Assembly (NCBI GenBank): GCA_963765495.1
Contig: CAVXWP010000007.1
Span: 160,001-224,000, forward strand
Reading direction: 5' to 3'
DNA length: 64,000 bases
DNA from: Blastocatellia bacterium
GTDB lineage: Bacteria; Acidobacteriota; Blastocatellia; UBA7656
This document shows, piece by piece, positions 37,804 to 49,900 of this stretch (position 1 is the first letter of the stretch; each line of letters begins with the position of its first letter). The notes beneath the pieces were generated by a model, which was not told the DNA's origin, did not search any database, and worked only from the letters and a program-made list of their open reading frames with translations. A program made the position numbers and the translations under genes.

Positions 37804-39600
37804 TCATGAAGCCGACAGCGATAACTTTCTTTTTTTGATGTCGGTCTTTTCCTGATACAGACGCATCACCCGTTCCAGGTCCTGATCCTGTTCGGCCTGG
37901 CCGAGTTCGATCTGTATCTGATCGAGTCGGCGTTCCAACTGTCGCTGCCTGAGCGAAGTGAGCGCCTCGGTCGCCTTCTTAAAAAGCGTATCGAAATCGT
38001 AGCCGCCGGCCCACGCCAGATCGCTTATCAAAAGCTCAGGCAGAAGCGCGCGTTCCGCTTCGCCCTCGATGCGCTCGCTCAGGTGGGCCAGATCGGGCTC
38101 AATCTCTTCACCTTCGAGATCGATTATCGCGGCAAACAGAGTGCCGGTCGCAAGACCCGAATAAACATCCTCGCTCAGATTCGGGACGATGGCCCGCCGC
38201 ACATCCGAGTTTGCGAGGATGAGTTCGAGCAGTTGGCGCTCTCCCGGCGTCATATTTTCGGCAGCGCGTATACGCTTCGGGTCGAGCGACTGCTGCCGAT
38301 TTGTGGCTACGCGTTTCAGTTCGTCGCGGATTACGCGGCTGTCAACCCTGAGGCGATTCGATATCTGCTCGGCATACTCCATCCGCTCGACTTTGTCTCG
38401 CATCCGCGCCAGATGCGGCAGCATCGCGTTTATGGCTTCGACCTTGCCCGAAGGGCGCGAGGTGTCGTATCGGCCCATTGTCATGTCAATGATGTATTCG
38501 ATATAAGGCTGCGTAGTCTTAAAGAGAGCCTTAAATGCCTCGGCGCCGTGTGCGCGGACGTATTCGTCCGGGTCTTCGTCGGTGGGCATTCGCAGTATAT
38601 TCGCCTTGAAGCCCTCGGCAAGCAGCAACTCGATTGATCTCATGGTTGCCGCCTGACCCGCCGAATCGGGATCGAAATTAACGATGATTTGCGGGCGGTC
38701 CATATAACGCCGCAGCAGTCGGACCTGGCTGTCGGTCAGAGCCGTGCCAAGACTTGCGACTACGTTATGGATGCCCTCTTGAAATGGAATTATGCAGTCA
38801 AGGTAGCCCTCTACCAGTATGGAGTAGCCCGTGCGGCGAATCTCGTCTTTCGATTGTGAAAGCCCGAAAAGGTTTCGCCCCTTTGTGTAGAGGGCGGTTT
38901 CAGGCGAGTTGAGATATTTGGGTTCGCCCTCACCCATCACCCTTCCGCCGAAGGCTATGATGCGGCCCTGCGAATCGGTGATGGGAAACATAACGCGCCC
39001 GCGAAATCTGTCGTAAAGACCGCCCTGCTCTTTGAGCACGCCAAGCCCGCTGCTTTCGATCTCGTCAAGGGTTGCGCCGCGCTCTTTCAGAAATGTGAGA
39101 AGCGCATCCCAGCGGTCCGGCGCATAGCCTATGCGAAACAGCCGCCGGGTCTCTTCCGTGATGCCGCGCGACTTGATGTAGAGGCGGGCCTGTTCGCCAA
39201 CGGCTTCATCTTCAAGTTGAAGCTCGAAAAATTCCGCCGCCAAATCATTTAATCGCTGAGTAGTTTCGCGGTCGCGAGCCAGCTTCTTATGATCTTCCGT
39301 CTCTTCGACTACCGGGATGGGGATGCCGTTTTTATCGGCAACGATTCTGACCGCTTCGGGAAACGAGCAGCCTTCGATCTGCATTACGAAATCGAATACG
39401 CCGCCGCCCGCGCCACATCCAAAACACTTATAGATCCCCTTGCCCGAGTGGACGTTGAATGAAGGAGTCTTTTCGGAATGGAAAGGGCAGCAGGCAATAT
39501 GGTTCGCTCCACGCTTTTTCAGCGTGACATAGTCCGACACGACGCGAACTATATCGGTCTGATTCTTTACGTCGTCAGCAAACCCTCGGGGGAATCGCAT
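37804..39600 (-). CDS. dnaG: DNA primase
   Basis: CPFHSEKTPSF..CFGC zinc finger, KYLNSPET, VEGYLD, DPDSAG TOPRIM. Confidence 0.97.
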   Translation of the reverse strand: MRFPRGFADDVKNQTDIVRVVSDYVTLKKRGANHIACCPFHSEKTPSFNVHSGKGIYKCFGCGAGGGVFDFVMQIEGCSFPEAVRIVADKNGIPIPVVEETEDHKKLARDRETTQRLNDLAAEFFELQLEDEAVGEQARLYIKSRGITEETRRLFRIGYAPDRWDALLTFLKERGATLDEIESSGLGVLKEQGGLYDRFRGRVMFPITDSQGRIIAFGGRVMGEGEPKYLNSPETALYTKGRNLFGLSQSKDEIRRTGYSILVEGYLDCIIPFQEGIHNVVASLGTALTDSQVRLLRRYMDRPQIIVNFDPDSAGQAATMRSIELLLAEGFKANILRMPTDEDPDEYVRAHGAEAFKALFKTTQPYIEYIIDMTMGRYDTSRPSGKVEAINAMLPHLARMRDKVERMEYAEQISNRLRVDSRVIRDELKRVATNRQQSLDPKRIRAAENMTPGERQLLELILANSDVRRAIVPNLSEDVYSGLATGTLFAAIIDLEGEEIEPDLAHLSERIEGEAERALLPELLISDLAWAGGYDFDTLFKKATEALTSLRQRQLERRLDQIQIELGQAEQDQDLERVMRLYQEKTDIKKRKLSLSAS

Positions 39601-39715
39601 CACTTTATCCCATGCTTGATCGTCACCATAGAAGGGGCGTCCGTCACCAGGACGAATTATTAACAACAAAGCTCAAATCGCGCAAGTACCTTTTCCAGAT
39701 CGGAGCCATCAAGAA

Positions 39716-39812
39716 GTGATGCGTGATGCGTGATTTTTAGACAGCCGCCTGTTTAAGTCACCTTGCAATCCTGGCAGGTCACGGATCACTCATCACGCAT
39801 TAAGCATCACGC
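39716..39812. repeat. GTGATGC inverted-heptamer element; close reverse-complement relative of 60097..60196
   Basis: Core tttttaga..gcctgtttaagtcaccttgcaatcctggcaggtcacg. Confidence 0.88.
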
Positions 39813-39814
39813 TG

Positions 39815-42283
39815 CTACTTCTTAAGCACGACTATAGTCGCGCCCGTGCCGCCTTCGTTTGGCGGCGCTTGATTGAAACTTTCGACGTGCGGATGTCCCG
39901 TCAGAAGCTCGGAGATGGCCCGCCGCAATGCCCCTTTGCCGTGGCCGTGCACTATGCGCGCGCGTTCGACCCCGGCGAGAAATGCCTCGTCGAGAAACTT
40001 GTCTACGCGGTCGGTGGCTTCATCCGTATTCGTGCCGATAACGTTTATCTCGGAAGCGAAATCTTCATCCACGTTTACCTGGGCGCTTACGCCACGGGGC
40101 AGGTTTGCGGCGTGTTTTGACGAGAGCGGAGCCGCCCGGCTGATGAGTTGCAATTCATCGCGGCGGGCGCGAAATCTGAGCGAGCCTACAAGTACCGTGT
40201 AGGTTCCGTCACTGACAGATTCGACGGTGCCTTCTCGATTGAGAGATTTGATCTGCACCCGGTCGCGTTCGCGAATCTCGTCCGTTTCGTCTGTAAACAG
40301 AGCAGCACTCTGAACCGATGCGGTGCTCTCGCTCGCCTGTGAAGCGGTGGCCGCAAGACTGGCCTGTGCGCCTACGGCTGTGCTTGTCGTAGGCGCGTTT
40401 TGGGTCTGCTTGCGCAGTCGCACGCTTGCCGAGCGGCGCAATTCGGCGGCCTGCGCCTCGGCCTCTTTCTTGAGCCTGACAGCCGCGGCTCTGTCTTTTA
40501 GCGAAGCGATCAGGTCGTTGCTTTCGCTTGTGAATTCTCGAATTACCTCGGCGAGTTCGGCTTCGAATTCCGCCCTGCGCTTTACCTCGCGCTGCGCGAA
40601 TTCGATGTCGAGCCGCGCATACTTTTCAGCCGTCACCTGTCGCTCTTCTTCAAGCGCCGCGCGCAGCGCCTCCTGTTCTTCGACCGTGTTTTTCAACTTC
40701 TTCAGATAATCGCTCGCCTGCGTGTGCGCCGGATCAAGAAGCTCTTTTGCCTCCTCAAGGACATCTGCCGGTATATTCATGCGGCGGGCGATTTCGAGAC
40801 CGGATGATGCGCCCGCCACACCTACTATCAGACGATAAGTAGGCCGGAGCGTCTTCTCATCAAATTCGACCGACGCGTTCAACACCCCCGAGGTCTCAGA
40901 CGCCCACATCTTCAGCGGATTGTAGTGAGTCGAGGCTATCGTGGTCGCGCCTTTGCGGAGGAAGTGATCGACTATGGCCACGCCGAGGGCCGCGCCTTCG
41001 TCCGGGTCAGTGCCCGTGCCTACTTCGTCTATCAGAATGAGGGCGGGAGGGCGAACGGTAGCGGCCATCTCGGATATGTTTCGCATGTGAGCGGTGAAGG
41101 TAGACAGGTTTGCCGCGATTGACTGCTGATCGCCTATGTCTGCCAGCACCTGATCGAAGACGGGGAGCGCGGCCTGGCGTGCGGGCACGTGAAGACCCAT
41201 CTGAGCCATCAGCGTCACGAGCCCCACGGTCTTTATCGCCACGGTTTTTCCGCCCGCATTTGGCCCACTGATTACCATCGTCTGATACTCGTCATCCATC
41301 TCAAGCGAGATGGGGACGACCTTTCCGCCCGTCTGTTTGAGCATGTGTTCGAGCAGAGGGTGGCGAGCCTCTACAAGCAATATCCGTCTGGACTCGGTCA
41401 TCTCGGGACGCGCGCATTTGAATTCGATTGAGAGCCTCGCTTTTGCCTGCGCGAAGTCGATCTCTGCGATGGCCTGGACTATGCCGAGTATGCCCGCGAG
41501 ATTGGCTCTGAGGGTTTCGGTCAGCGAAAAAAGTATCTGGGCTATCTCGATCTCTTCCTGCTCGCGCAGGCGGACAAGTTCGTTGTTTTGATCTATGGTT
41601 GCAAGCGGCTCGACATAAGTGGTTTGACCGCTTGAGGACATGCCGTGCATCACGCCGGGAACATGGCTTCGCGCATCCGTGCGAACCGGGATGACGAAGC
41701 GCCCGTTGCGGATCGTGACTATCTCTTCCTGAATCGTCGTCGCCCCGCGATCTTGCATGAGCGATTCAAGGCTGCGATATATGCGCGAGCGCCGTTCATT
41801 TATTTCGCGGCGTATGCGGCGGAGCCCGGGGCTTGCGTTGTCGTCAATCTCACCCGTAGGCAGAATCTTGCCCTGCAATGATGCGAGCATTCTTCGCAGA
41901 TCCGCGACTCTATTTGTAATGGCCGCGAGATTCGGGTAACGATTGCGGATTTCATCCGCGCTGAATTGTGCCCGCAAATCGAGACCCGAAGCGATCAGGC
42001 TCTGCATCGCCAGTATCTCTCGCGGGTCAAGGCTCGTGCCCGCGACCTGAAGCTGCGCGAGCGAGTTTGCCGGATCATTAATCTCTCCGAGGCCAAAAGC
42101 GCCGCCCGAAGTCAGGTAGTCGCTTGCCTCGGTCGTGAGGTCAAGCTCGCGATTTATGTGCTCTCGATCCACCGACGGGGTGAGGGCGCGCGCGCGTCTG
42201 CGCCCCAGCGGAGACTGAACGTGACGCGCAAGCAGATTTACCAGCCCGTCCAGTTCGAGCGTTTGAAAAGTACGTTCATCCAT
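39815..42283 (-). CDS. mutS2: MutS2 (RqcU-like ATPase with Smr domain)
   Basis: SGPNAGGKT, DIGDQQSI..LSTF, DEVGTGTDP, C-terminal Smr IVHGHGKGALR. Confidence 0.96.
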   Translation of the reverse strand: MDERTFQTLELDGLVNLLARHVQSPLGRRRARALTPSVDREHINRELDLTTEASDYLTSGGAFGLGEINDPANSLAQLQVAGTSLDPREILAMQSLIASGLDLRAQFSADEIRNRYPNLAAITNRVADLRRMLASLQGKILPTGEIDDNASPGLRRIRREINERRSRIYRSLESLMQDRGATTIQEEIVTIRNGRFVIPVRTDARSHVPGVMHGMSSSGQTTYVEPLATIDQNNELVRLREQEEIEIAQILFSLTETLRANLAGILGIVQAIAEIDFAQAKARLSIEFKCARPEMTESRRILLVEARHPLLEHMLKQTGGKVVPISLEMDDEYQTMVISGPNAGGKTVAIKTVGLVTLMAQMGLHVPARQAALPVFDQVLADIGDQQSIAANLSTFTAHMRNISEMAATVRPPALILIDEVGTGTDPDEGAALGVAIVDHFLRKGATTIASTHYNPLKMWASETSGVLNASVEFDEKTLRPTYRLIVGVAGASSGLEIARRMNIPADVLEEAKELLDPAHTQASDYLKKLKNTVEEQEALRAALEEERQVTAEKYARLDIEFAQREVKRRAEFEAELAEVIREFTSESNDLIASLKDRAAAVRLKKEAEAQAAELRRSASVRLRKQTQNAPTTSTAVGAQASLAATASQASESTASVQSAALFTDETDEIRERDRVQIKSLNREGTVESVSDGTYTVLVGSLRFRARRDELQLISRAAPLSSKHAANLPRGVSAQVNVDEDFASEINVIGTNTDEATDRVDKFLDEAFLAGVERARIVHGHGKGALRRAISELLTGHPHVESFNQAPPNEGGTGATIVVLKK

Positions 42284-42360
42284 ACAAGCCCACCGCCCTT
42301 TACGACAAAGAAAAATGTTACGCTCTGATGAGCGGCGAGGTCAACGAGAGGGACGTGGTT

Positions 42361-42454
42361 CGTGATGCGTGATGTGTGATGTGTGACCCGGAGATTGGCA
42401 ATTGACTGTTAATAGCCTTATGCCTGAAAATCACGCATCACGCATCACGCATCA
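42361..42454. repeat. GTGATGC inverted-heptamer element in the divergent mutS2/GNAT region
   Basis: cgtgatgcgtgatgtgtgatgtgtga..aaaatcacgcatcacgcatcacgcatca. Confidence 0.85.
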
Positions 42455-42512
42455 ATTTGTATAGGACGCACAATTTCCATATAATCCGCTTCACGCACTG
42501 AGCGGAACCGGG

Positions 42513-43667
42513 ATGGGTAAAGCGAGCGCCGAAAATATAAAAGTTCACAGAGTTCGCGCACTACGCGACCGCAAGCGGTTTCTGGATTTTCCTTATAAAC
42601 ACTACCGCGATGACCCGCACTGGGTCGCGCCGCTTCGGATGGCGCAAAAAGACATACTCGACACCGGCCGACATCCGTTTTACAAGACTTCGGATGTCGA
42701 GATGTTTCTGGCTACGCGCGGGGAACGCGTAGTGGGCCGGATAATGGCTATACTCAATCGCGCGCACAACGAATATCACGCCGAGCACGCCGGTTTCTTC
42801 GGATTCTTTGAGGTGGAAGATGATTTCGAAGCCGCTTCCGTGCTGCTCGAAAGGGCGGCCGATTGGCTGCGCTCGCGCGGGGCGGATGTCATGCGCGGCC
42901 CCATGAATCCTTCGACCAATTATGAATGCGGGTTGCTTGTTGATAACTTCGATGAAGCCCCGGCCGTGATGATGACCTATAACCCGCCTTATTACGCTCG
43001 ATTGCTTGAACGTTACGGCATGCGGAAGGCGATGGACATGTACGCCTACTCGATTCATTATGAGACGTTCACGCATTCGGAGAAGCTTGAGCGCGTGGCC
43101 AGGCGAACCAGAGAGAGAACCGGCATCCACGTGCGGACTGTGAACCTTAAGGATTTCAATAACGAGGTCGAGGCCGTGCGGCGCATCTATAACGATGCGT
43201 GGAGCGACAACTGGGGTTTTGTTCCCGTATCTGCCGAAGAGTTCGAACATCTGGCCAAGGACCTCAAACAGATAATCGACCCGCAGGTTGTCTATATCGG
43301 TGAGAAGCGCCAGGAGGGTCACGCAAGCTTACCCGTAGCGTTCTTTCTGGCTGTGCCCGACATCAATCGCGCGCTCAAGAAAATTAATGGCCGGTTGTTT
43401 CCTTTCGGTTTACTGAAACTGCTCTGGCATTCGCGCAAGATAAAAGCGGTTCGGGTAATCACTATGGGTGTCGTAAAGGAGTATCAAAACCTCGGGATCG
43501 CAGCCATCTTTTACGACCAGATATATCGAACCGTCCCCGAGCACGGATACCCCGAAGCCGAAATGAGCTGGGTTCTGGAAAGCAATCTGTTGATGAACCG
43601 GGCGGCTGATCTGATAGGCGGACGCCGCTCAAAGACTTACCGCATCTATGAAATGCCGCTCAATTGA
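42513..43667 (+). CDS. GNAT-fold N-acetyltransferase (YghO-like)
   Basis: WVAPL, VGRI, GFFGFFE, YNPPYY, AWSDNWGF, EMSWVLESN. Confidence 0.8.
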   Translation: MGKASAENIKVHRVRALRDRKRFLDFPYKHYRDDPHWVAPLRMAQKDILDTGRHPFYKTSDVEMFLATRGERVVGRIMAILNRAHNEYHAEHAGFFGFFEVEDDFEAASVLLERAADWLRSRGADVMRGPMNPSTNYECGLLVDNFDEAPAVMMTYNPPYYARLLERYGMRKAMDMYAYSIHYETFTHSEKLERVARRTRERTGIHVRTVNLKDFNNEVEAVRRIYNDAWSDNWGFVPVSAEEFEHLAKDLKQIIDPQVVYIGEKRQEGHASLPVAFFLAVPDINRALKKINGRLFPFGLLKLLWHSRKIKAVRVITMGVVKEYQNLGIAAIFYDQIYRTVPEHGYPEAEMSWVLESNLLMNRAADLIGGRRSKTYRIYEMPLN

Positions 43668-43730
43668 TTCGAATCGAAGATTGATCAACGACGATCAAGG
43701 GCGTATCTGTTCAGAGAGTAAGAAAAGTTT

Positions 43731-43780
43731 GCCACAGAGACATAAAGACAGAGAGATTATTTACGATATTTTCTCTGTGC
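43731..43780. repeat. GCCACAGAG nonamer-type inverted element (partial)
   Basis: gccacagagacataaagacagagag..ctctgtgc. Confidence 0.7.
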
Positions 43781-43826
43781 CTTTGCAGGGCCATTCAGTT
43801 TTCAAAGTGTAGATAAGGAAGCTGGG

Positions 43827-43927
43827 AATAGGCCGGGACGGACGCGGATGCGGCGGATTTACGCGGATTAAACCTAATTGGGTCAGATCCGCGTATATCC
43901 GTCCATCCGCGTCCGTCCCGGCCTATT
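43827..43927. repeat. Perfect 24-bp inverted repeat with inner GCGGAT nonamer units
   Basis: AATAGGCCGGGACGGACGCGGATG / CATCCGCGTCCGTCCCGGCCTATT. Confidence 0.88.
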
Positions 43928-43991
43928 TCAAGCAATCTAACCAGCATGTTGAAAATCATTATGATTTTACGAATTCAAGTGTCAAACCTCA

Positions 43992-46900
43992 TCATCTGAC
44001 AGGTGCGCGCCTTTCGCCATAACCCCACGCGACTCTTACTACCGATGTGCGCGTCACTAAGCCGCGCCATGGCTCTCCTAACCTGAGCGACAGCGGAGCT
44101 ATATCTCCCACTCCATCGAGCACGCCGTTTCCATTTATCGTCAACCGGTCGCAGAACACCGTCCCTTTCAGCAGACTGTTTCCGTTGATTATTACCGTCC
44201 CTGCTGGCGCGATCACTACACCGTTTATCGTGCTTCCTCCGTTTAGTGTAAAGCCACCTGTAGCCACCTTCACTGTCAGCCACAGTGGATTTCCTGTACT
44301 TCCCATCGAGCCATTGAGCGTCACCGCTGTTCCAACTGTGAGTGTGACCGGTCCTACGATTTCCAAATGGCTCTGGCCATTCAAAATCAGGCTCCTCAGA
44401 TTATAGACTGCCGGTTGCGTAGAGCCTGCGATTCCAAACACAAAACCATTATTGCCGTTGGCGATAAAGTTTCGATACGTGCCGGGAGGAACGCTGAACG
44501 TCCCCGCATTCCCGTTGAGGGTCAGGTCGCGAAGCGTGGCGAAGTCACCCACGTTCCCGCCCGGCCCGTTCAATGCAACATCGCGAGTGCCCGTTGCTGC
44601 GGGAGGCGCGGTGACAACGGGCATAGCGATGGGGTCTGTTCGGGTCACAAGTCTGCCGAGTTGAGCATTGCCATTTAGTCTTATCTGGTAGCCGGAGGGC
44701 TGCGCGCTGCCTGTACCCTCGACAGTGGATCCCAGTGTCGGATGGCCGTTTAATCTCACGGTCGGGGTTCCGGGAACGAGCAGGTCTGTGGTGATGACTG
44801 CGCCACCGTTCAATGTGACATTTTCTCCGGTCAAAAGGCGAACCGACCCCTGAACGCGCGAGTTGCCATTGATCTGCGGGGCGTGGCGGACGACCGCACC
44901 TCCAACTGTGGGACTTGCAGAGGGGGTGATCTTCAAGAATGTGGAGTCTACGGTCTGGCTTGCGCCGCTGCTCTCGCCCTGCAAGATGACAAGATAGTCG
45001 CCTGCCTCGACACCTGAACTGCTGAAGGTCATGGAGTTAGTGAAGGATTGACCTCTGTTTAATGAAATTTGATCAGTCAAGGTTTGAGAAACAATGCTGG
45101 TTGACGCATCGACGACAAGGGCTCTCAGGGTAAGAGCGGAAAGGTCGAGATTGCCGACATTTGTGACCTGGTAGCTGAAAGTGGAGTTGTTGCCGCGTTC
45201 GATCTCAGCAGGAATTGCGTCAATGTTGCCTGTGAGGGACTTACCCTGAGAGTCGCTTGAAAGGATGGCAAACGATACCTGCGAGCCGCAGACCACCGAA
45301 GAGCCGAATCTGAGTTCCAGCGTCGTCTGATAGCTGCCCGGCTGGTGAGTTTGGGTGCTGAAGGCAACAGTGGCTTTGAAGCGGCCATTGGGCGACAGAG
45401 CATCGACGGGCAGCGCGGTAGTAAATACATTCTGTTCACTCGGGTCTGTCACAGTCAAAAGCGCATCAAGCCCCGCCAGTGTGAGATCGGGACTGAGATT
45501 GCTCACTCTTACGGTAAGCTGCGCGAGCGAGTTGGAGTTGTAGTTGCGTTTGTCGCTAACGATGGAGCAGGAGGCGGAATTTTGGGAAAGGACATCCGGT
45601 GTAGTGGGATTGCAGTCATCATCGAGACCGTTGCCGGGAATTTCTGCTCGGCCCGGATTGACATCGGGATTAGTGTCGTCGCAGTCAACCGTCTCATCAA
45701 AACCGTCGAGGTCGGCGTCCTGAGGAGAAGGGGGAAGAGGAGTAGTGCTGGGCAAGACATCAACAGTAAAGGATTGAAGCGCGCGTCCTCCGCGTCCGTC
45801 CTGAGCCTCAAGGGTGAAGAACTGTGCGCCGGTCTGAGATGGGTCGGGTGTCCACGATACAAGGCCGCTGAACTGATCAACCGCAGCCCCTGCCGGGGAT
45901 TGCAGCATTGAGAAGATCAACACATCATCGTCAGGGTCTGTTGCCTCGACATCATACTGATAGGACTGCCCGAGCACGATGGATGTCACAGGAGTCGAAA
46001 TGATTAGCGGGGCACTGTTTGTGCCCGCAGGGGCGGTGACCGAAATGATGAATGATTGTTCGGCTGTGCCTCCCCGGCCATCCGACACCTGCACTGTGAC
46101 GGCAAAGTCGCCGAATTGATTATCGGCGGGAGTCCAGTTTATCAGCCCGGTCGCGTTGATCGTCATACCCGAAGGAGCGGCAAGAAGCGAGGGCGAAAGC
46201 GGGTCGTTGTTGGAATCGGTTGACTCCACCTGGTAGCTATAAGCGACTCCTGTGGAGGCTGAGATCACAGGGGCTGATGTGATGATCGGAGGTTGATTTG
46301 CCGCTGCATCGCAAGGCGAAGTGACAAGAGGAGAGGCGGCTTTGTTATTGCCCAATCGTCCCGCGCCTTCGTTGATGCGGAACTGCGGCTCCGCGTATGA
46401 GCCCGCAACTATGAACTCAGAAAGCCCCGCGCCCTGGCTTTTTGTCGAAGTGCTGGTCAGTCTGATCCATGAGATGTCTTGCTGCTCTGAGAACGACACC
46501 GAGCCTTCGCCACTTGCGTCGAGGGTGAAGTTTACGCTAAAGCCATTCGAGAATGTCAGCGTAGCCTCGCCCTGGAACGCTTCGTTGAGTGACGGGGCAA
46601 GGTTGTTTTCGATCTGCACAGACGCGGCATTGACCGGGAATGGGAATCGCACTTCGAAAAACGTTGGACCGGTGGGCACATAGTTCGTTCCTGCGGGCCG
46701 CTCCTGCCAGTGAGTGTTCAGATTGCCGTCGATGCCTAGCCACGCGTTGCGATTAAACCCTGTAACTACATTTGTGAGATACCCGCTCCCCTGTGCCCAG
46801 GTGTTAGGGATATGTTCGAGGTTGTTCGACTGCACTAAGGTCGTATCGGGCGGGTCGTTGACCGTGACAAATATCTGCCCCGCTACCGGCGCATTCCAAT

Positions 46901-49900
46901 CCAGCGTCACGTCCTCGAAATCACCCGGATAGAGCGCTCGGCTCGTTTGCCGGGTTCCGATCAAAGCCCCTCCCGCCGATGGATCGCCTAAAAAATAATT
47001 CACGCGAACGCCCGGGCCCGCGTGGAGACTGCCGCCGTTGCCTATGCGCGCAGTGATGCCTGCGGTGGCCGGGCAACCCTGCGAGTTGATCCTCACGCGC
47101 GAAACCGTCAGATCGCGCGCGGCCAGCGGTTTGACTCCGTCGATAGGCGATTGCGCGAGGTGAGTGTTGAATATCTGCCAGTTTGGCTTCTGCTCGCGCG
47201 GGATGCTCGCGTCTTCGTTGACGTTTGTGATGTAGTAGCGGTTCTGGTTCCATATCCTCCGCGCGTTGAGCCAGTTGTCCTTCGTATCCTTGAGCGCAAT
47301 GAATCCCTTGCGTGGTGGAGACCCCGCCTCCGGACCCTGAAACGTTGGCACTATGATTTCAGCGCTGCCGTCGTTGTCGACATCCGCGATAGCAGGGTAA
47401 CGGCTGGTGACCGCAGGCTCGTTGGCGCGATCAACTCCTATCTCAAAGAGCGTTGACCCGTCACCCCCGTTCAAAACATAGAGCCTGTGCTGATCTAAGA
47501 CGACGGGCTCCGCCGCTCCGTCGCCGTCGAAATCGAAGGCTGATACCTGAAATGCTCGCGAGGCGTTAGAGTCCCCGAGAAGTTCTTTCTGCCATTTCAA
47601 CTGGAGTGTGTTGTCGCTTTGGTATTCATACACATTCAGAAACGGCCTGCGTATCTGGATGCCTGACGGCACCACCTGTACGACTATAGCGATCTCCGGC
47701 CGGCCATCACCATCAAAATCGGCTACGGTTGGCGGGCCGAGCGTGTAGCTGTTTCCCCCGTTCTCGTTGATAAACAGCGGGGATACCGACTTCAAGCGAC
47801 CATCGTGTTCAAAGACGACAATCGAGTGGCCATAGACACCGGACGCGACAAATGCCCCGGGGTTGGTGATCACGCAGATTATCTCCGGGTTCGGGTCATC
47901 GTCCAGGTTGGCGACGGCAGTGTAGCAATCGTCTAGCAGAACGTTCGACTGCACGTTGACCGTGGTCGCGCCGCGATCGAGAGTGCCGACAAGGGTTGTT
48001 TGACCGATGGTGACCCCGGTCGAATACCACACCCATATCAAGTTGCCGTCGCTGTCCCAGGCACTTGGACCGACGACGATCTCCTGCTTGCCGTCACCAT
48101 CGAGGTCAGCCGCGATCTGCGCCGCGTTGCCGATGCTGGGGCCACCTAAATAGTCCCGGCCAGCCGGATCGGTTCTTCTGTTGAACCGTAATGAGCCGTC
48201 TGAGTTGTAGACTGCGGAGCCGAACATTATTTCAGCGTGCCCGTCGCCATCGAGATCGGCAATCGAGATACCGCTCAGGCGCAAGACCGGAGGCGTGGCC
48301 GACCATTTGAGACTACCGTCGTTGTTGAAACAGTAAAGCGTGGTGTTATTTGACGCCACTATCTCAGGCCGTCCGTCACCGTCGATATCGCCAACCGCCG
48401 GGGGATGTGTTGCAGCAATAAGCGAGCGGTTGCCGGAGGTCTGAGCAATAATGGGCGCGCCCGTATCGCCCCGCACGGCGAGCGGCGAATTGGCTCCTTC
48501 GGGCACCGCGACTACCGCAGGCACGTCGCGTTCGTTTATCAAGCCATCATTGTTTGTGTCGATGAGCGGCACTACCATCGGAGTATGCAGAATGCCTTGC
48601 TGAATGGGCGTAGTCCATTCCCACTCTATCTTCGGCTCGAAATCGCCGGGCGCTGGCTGGTACAGGCTTTCAGCGCCACTCGATCCGATGTTGTTGGTCT
48701 CGTCAAGCTCCGGAATCTGAGAAGCGCTATCGACGAAAGCGTAGATCAGGTTGTCGCGGAACGTCACGATGCCCGATACAGGCACGTCGAGTGACGCCGC
48801 GCCGCTCGAAGCGATGTTCCCGTTGAATGCGCGAGCGCCAAGCGCCTTATCCACACCGCTTTGATAAGCTCCGTCGTTATTTTGGTCTTCGAATAAAAGC
48901 ACCTGGAAGCCGCCGTCAAAGAAACTGCCTCCGCGATTTTCGATATTAACGCGGACATTTCCGGTAATGACCAAAGTATCGGTATCGGTGGCGGTCTGTG
49001 ATACGTCTACACCCGCGACTGTAAAATCAATGCCGAGCGCAAGCGCGTTTAACTTGTACTGCTGAAGCGCAGAGCCTCCTCGCCCGTCGCTGATTTTGAC
49101 TATCACGTTGAAGTTGCCGAGTTGATTCGACGCGGGCGTCCATTGAACGAGGCCGGTTGGCGAGATCGTCATGCCGTCTGGCGCTTGAAGCAACTCGAAC
49201 GAAATCGGATCGCCGTCAGGGTCTGTAGCAAGCGCCTGATAGCTGTAGGTCTGCTGCTCGCTCGCCGAGACGACGGGTTGCGATGTGATGACCGGGGCGC
49301 GGTTATGGCTTGCAGGGTCGCGCGGGTCGCTGCCGTTGGCGAGTTCGTCCATGTCTTCGACGCCGTCGCCATCGGTGTCACGGTTATTGGGATCGGTGCC
49401 GCTTCGAAATTCCGCGAGGTTGGCCAGACCGTCGCCGTCATTGTCGAGAGTTGCATCCGAAGGATCGTTCGGGTTCAGACCGTTAGCTATCTCGAAATCA
49501 TCCGGCATACCGTCGGCATCTGTGTCGCGAGGGAAGGCGATGGCACGAAGCGCGAGCGCTGTTGAATAAGCGTCATCTACCCAACTCCCGTTTGCGAGTT
49601 GTGAATTGAGAAGGAAGTTGGTTGCGGCGGCATCGGCGGGCGTAAGCGGCTGACCCGATCCGAGAATGGCTAACAAGGTTGAGGCGGTTTCGAAGGCGGT
49701 GCTCGAAGGAGCGCCATATCCGCCATCTGCGTTTTGGCGTCCGCGCAAGTAACCGATGGTGCGGGCCTGATTGTTGGAGACAAAGAACTGGAGCCGCCAG
49801 CCGTTGAGCGCCTCAAGAGCGATTGCGGAATAGAAGACCTGGCTATCCTCACCTTTTATAAGCGCCCATCCGCCGTCTGCGTTTTGAGAGCGAGTGAGAA